Source of the DNA: Azolla caroliniana
Lineage: Eukaryota; Plantae; Polypodiophyta
Assembly: GCA_043228905.1 (NCBI GenBank)
Contig: JBHGNT010000006.1
Coordinates: 11,036,001 to 11,100,000 of the forward strand
DNA: 64,000 nt
Direction of reading: 5' to 3'
Both the position numbers and the translations under genes were made by a program. Positions 60,638-64,000 of this stretch are shown in pieces (position 1 is the stretch's first letter; each line of letters starts with the position of its first letter). The notes beneath the pieces were generated by a model. That model was not told where the DNA came from and ran no database searches. It saw only the letters and a list, made by a program, of their open reading frames with translations.

Positions 60638-63600
60638 TCACAACCCTTTTGGGCTGTATTGAAATTCAGATATAACCACGAGGGCATCGCCAACTGTGAA
60701 ACTCAATGGATCATCTTTTGAACAAGGATTTATTACCTGAAAAGAAGACATTTGTATTGTCACAAAATACAAGCTAATAGACTTGATTGAAAGATTTTGA
60801 AGATGAAAAGCATTTAACACATGACAAAGTTTGTTTACCGTCTTGCCACCTATCCTAAAGCCAATTGCAACTTCACCCTTGAGAATTGCTCTTTCAGAAA
60901 TTTCGGCGAATGATATCATCTCCTCCAGTTTTATGTATCTCCGAATGTCCTAATAACATAAATTTCAATTCAATGACATCTGATTCAATCTTCAAATTCT
61001 CTATTTTATGGAAAGTATGCATATATAGAGGACACCTTCATGTATATCTCATTTCCCCAAGAGTTTAAAAGCTCCGTCCATATATCATTTAGTTCAGGTT
61101 CCTCAGCCACTATTTTGAACATCGATCATGATATCATCACAATTTGCAATATGATTTCCATTACAGTTGCGAAATGAGGTTTTAGGTTCACCGGCACAAA
61201 CTGAAAACAAATTACGATCGCAATCCTAACTGACCTTGAGATGTGACAAGACCCATGATTTCATCCGCCCCAATGGCTGTCAAGTGTGGACGTAGGTTCA
61301 TAGCCTAAATACCCAGGGTTGATATTTTGAGAGAGAAAAGCAAAAATAATAATGCAAAAAACAAAGATAAAACATGTGCCATTGAAAAGGAAATTATTTT
61401 GGCAAATAACAACCACCTGTTTTCCAAGGTCCACATTAATGAATTCTGCAACAAGGCTGACAACCTAGGGAGAAAACAATAGAAAAAAGGACATCCGAAT
61501 GGCAGTATTCGTTAATTAACTCGTTGATGCCTAGCAAATCTTTTGGAAATTTCTTAGTTAATACCTCAATGTCTAGTTGTTTGCATGTATATTCAGCCAG
61601 GAGGAGTGCCAATACAGCCTTTTTATCAGGTTTTGATCTATCTGAGTCCCAAACATGATCACAAATTGCAAGATTGTAATCTTAAATGAAGTCATGAGTA
61701 AACGTAACCTAAATGCAAGATATATTGTAACCTTCTATTTTCCCTATATCCTCTGCGACAACCAAAATAGAAAGGGGCATCTTTGTAGCATTGGCGCGGT
61801 GTGCCTTCATGCCCGACATTGTTGCTGATTTCAATGGATTCAGTATTGCTGCTTTCAAGTCAGTCCTACTCATAGGATTGCCGAACTATGCATGAAAAAT
61901 GGTTTAAGATGAATGTTTTGAACACTCATATAATAGCTCGATTTTCATCAATCATGAAAAAACTAAAAAAGATTAGCAACGTGAAAATCGTAAATATAAA
62001 GATTGTGTTCATGTCAGTATACACATTTCAAATCATAACACTATATTTGTCAAAAAATGATATCCCAGAGGCTAGCTAGGAATAAACTTTAAACTTTTGG
62101 GGAAAGATTTTGTATTTGCGATACAGAATGGATTTGATTTTCTCAATATATGTTTCGTAGTTGGGGGGGGGGGGGGGGGGGGGGGGGCTTCCTAGTGGTA
62201 AGCTAAGTCTTTACTTACATGTGCACCCAGGCATGGTTAAACACATGACTTCGCTACAACAGTATTGGAATGACCGGATATTTTGTGCTGAATTTAACCT
62301 CATTATTTCGTAAACCAGTAGGACAAAAACAATACCTGGTTTATGACATTAATGTTTTGCAGTTGTTTCTCCTTTTTCCTGTTAATGATTTGCTCTCGTA
62401 CTTCCACAGGTGTGTCAGCGACTATCATCTGAAAATGCATCACAAAATAAGTTTATATTTCTGATGTGCACACAAAACATGGTAACACACTCTAATCAGA
62501 CTGAAGGGAGCATGTTCGCATATATGCATGCATATATTGCACTTACTAGCTCACTACCAGGCCCAACATAATCATCATATTCCATAATCATTTCCATCAC
62601 ACGAGGATGCCATCCAAGTATTAAAATCCGTTCTTTGGGCCCAGCTTGCCAATCTGCCGCCTACCAATAATATTCAAAGCATTTTACTCCTCTTTGGCAA
62701 AACAAAAACAACAAAAAAATGTGAAGTTCAGGATTGCAGCTCATAAACTTGCCTTTGGAAGAAATGTTTTTGCTGTAGACGATGGAACAGATGTATTCAT
62801 CGAAAGTACGGGTAAATTGTGAATTGATCTTTGAGTAGAATTCTCATTCTTTAGATTTCTACATGTGACAATCTCATTGGGTGCTTGTTTATATTCATTT
62901 TTGGCACAGATAAGCATCAGCTAGGCAGAAATAGAAAGGAAAAAGCAATGACATACTTTCAATATCATAACAAATGAGGCAAATTTTTTCAACAATGTAA
63001 CCTTTTATCAACAAATTTAGTGAAGTTAGATTGGAGAAGAAGGTATAATGCATCAACATATCCCTAAAATGGAGCGCCAAGAGATTACCTTATCAGTTTC
63101 CTTGAGCTGCAGTGAATCTTTTGGATGAAAATAAATCTTTCCCTCACGGATGAGACCACATACTATAGCCTGAAGAACAGGAGATCATGAAGTGGAAACA
63201 TGAGACAAAAAAATCAAGATTTCTCCTTGTCTTTTGCAGCCATGTGTTTTTACCTTAGGAAATCCTGTCCTCACTTCTTGATAACTGATCCCTGCAAGGT
63301 TTGGGTAGGTTCTCAAGTTTATTACTTGCTCTGGTTGCAAATTCCAAGTAAGATGTTAAGTAAAGGTTGTGTATGTTTCAGTTTCCTGATAAACTTCACC
63401 ATATTTTCAATAATTTAGAAAGGCATTTACTATCATGCTCAAGAAGTTCACGATACACATCAATCAATCCAGGTTGCCGTGAACATTGGACCAATATCTT
63501 TGACGACAGGTTTTGCAAAGGGTTTACTTTCAGTCTTGTACAGGACTTCAAAAGGTTCAATGTATTCAGATCAATAACCTGAAACAGCCATACAAGCAAA

Positions 63601-64000
63601 TCAATGGTTCTTTGTTAATCACCGCGAGAAAATGCCTCCGGAAAGTAGAAAAACAGAAATTAATCCAGAAATTATATTCCAGATAAAAGTTGTTTCTCTA
63701 AATGTTCAAAAATATGCATACATTCTTCCCCATTATTTCCACTCTTTTCTCTAGCTATAAGACGACGTCTTATAAGGTGTCTAAATCGTGTCACTGGAAT
63801 GAATATCAACATGAATAATAACCAAAGCTAAAATGTACAGATACACAGCCATCTGCTACTACAAACAAGCATATGCAAAAAATATATAGACGAGCATGAA
63901 TTGGTTTTGAATAATAACAAGTAGCTACAGCATGAAAGTGGCAAGAAACTAGACCTCTACAACAAGATTCCCTGGTTTATTCTCCAATAATGGTTGTAAT
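60638..64000 (-). CDS. POLLUX-like (PEC1/PEC2-type) cation channel, 3' portion, multi-exon; 5' part beyond the window
   Basis: Spliced exons read [15 protein letters not shown] | [31 protein letters not shown] | [13 protein letters not shown] | [16 protein letters not shown] | [13 protein letters not shown] | [10 protein letters not shown] | VVSLVAEF | [12 protein letters not shown] | [25 protein letters not shown] | [18 protein letters not shown] | VINP..LVVISE, matching the CASTOR/POLLUX-like RCK region. Confidence 0.9.

Noticed and set aside
62164-62187. Poly-G tract as a G-quadruplex element
   Set aside because: An intronic homopolymer whose length is error-prone, with no functional evidence.

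Overview
Land-plant nuclear DNA; a non-seed plant such as a fern is likely, but that is inference. Three spliced host genes are visible: an LRK10L/WAK-like receptor kinase (+, 8463-10825), a six-exon conserved plant protein of unknown function (-, 18036-20825) and the 3' part of a POLLUX-like (PEC1/2-type) cation channel (-, 60638 to the window end). Between the last two lies a ~37-kb nest of LTR retrotransposons whose junctions can mostly be read to the base. The host is an old Ty1/copia element (A). It contains copia B (holding gypsy C, which holds two nested solo LTRs), gypsy D (holding an intact, very young copia E) and solo LTR F (holding a gag-only element G). The most striking signals concern C, D and G. 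They form a Ty3/gypsy lineage primed by tRNA-Trp, with 4-bp target duplications where both ends survive. In C and D the RT-RH-INT frame appears to be reached by a -1 frameshift placed after the protease, with a GGAUUU(U/C) slippery site and structurally conserved, sequence-divergent pseudoknots. G also shares an LTR hairpin module with the copia LTR family. Other oddities are a ~230-bp direct duplication standing in for A's 3' LTR, strong CCGG enrichment in E, and tRNA-like Pol III boxes inside LTR F. All calls were made by eye, without database searches.
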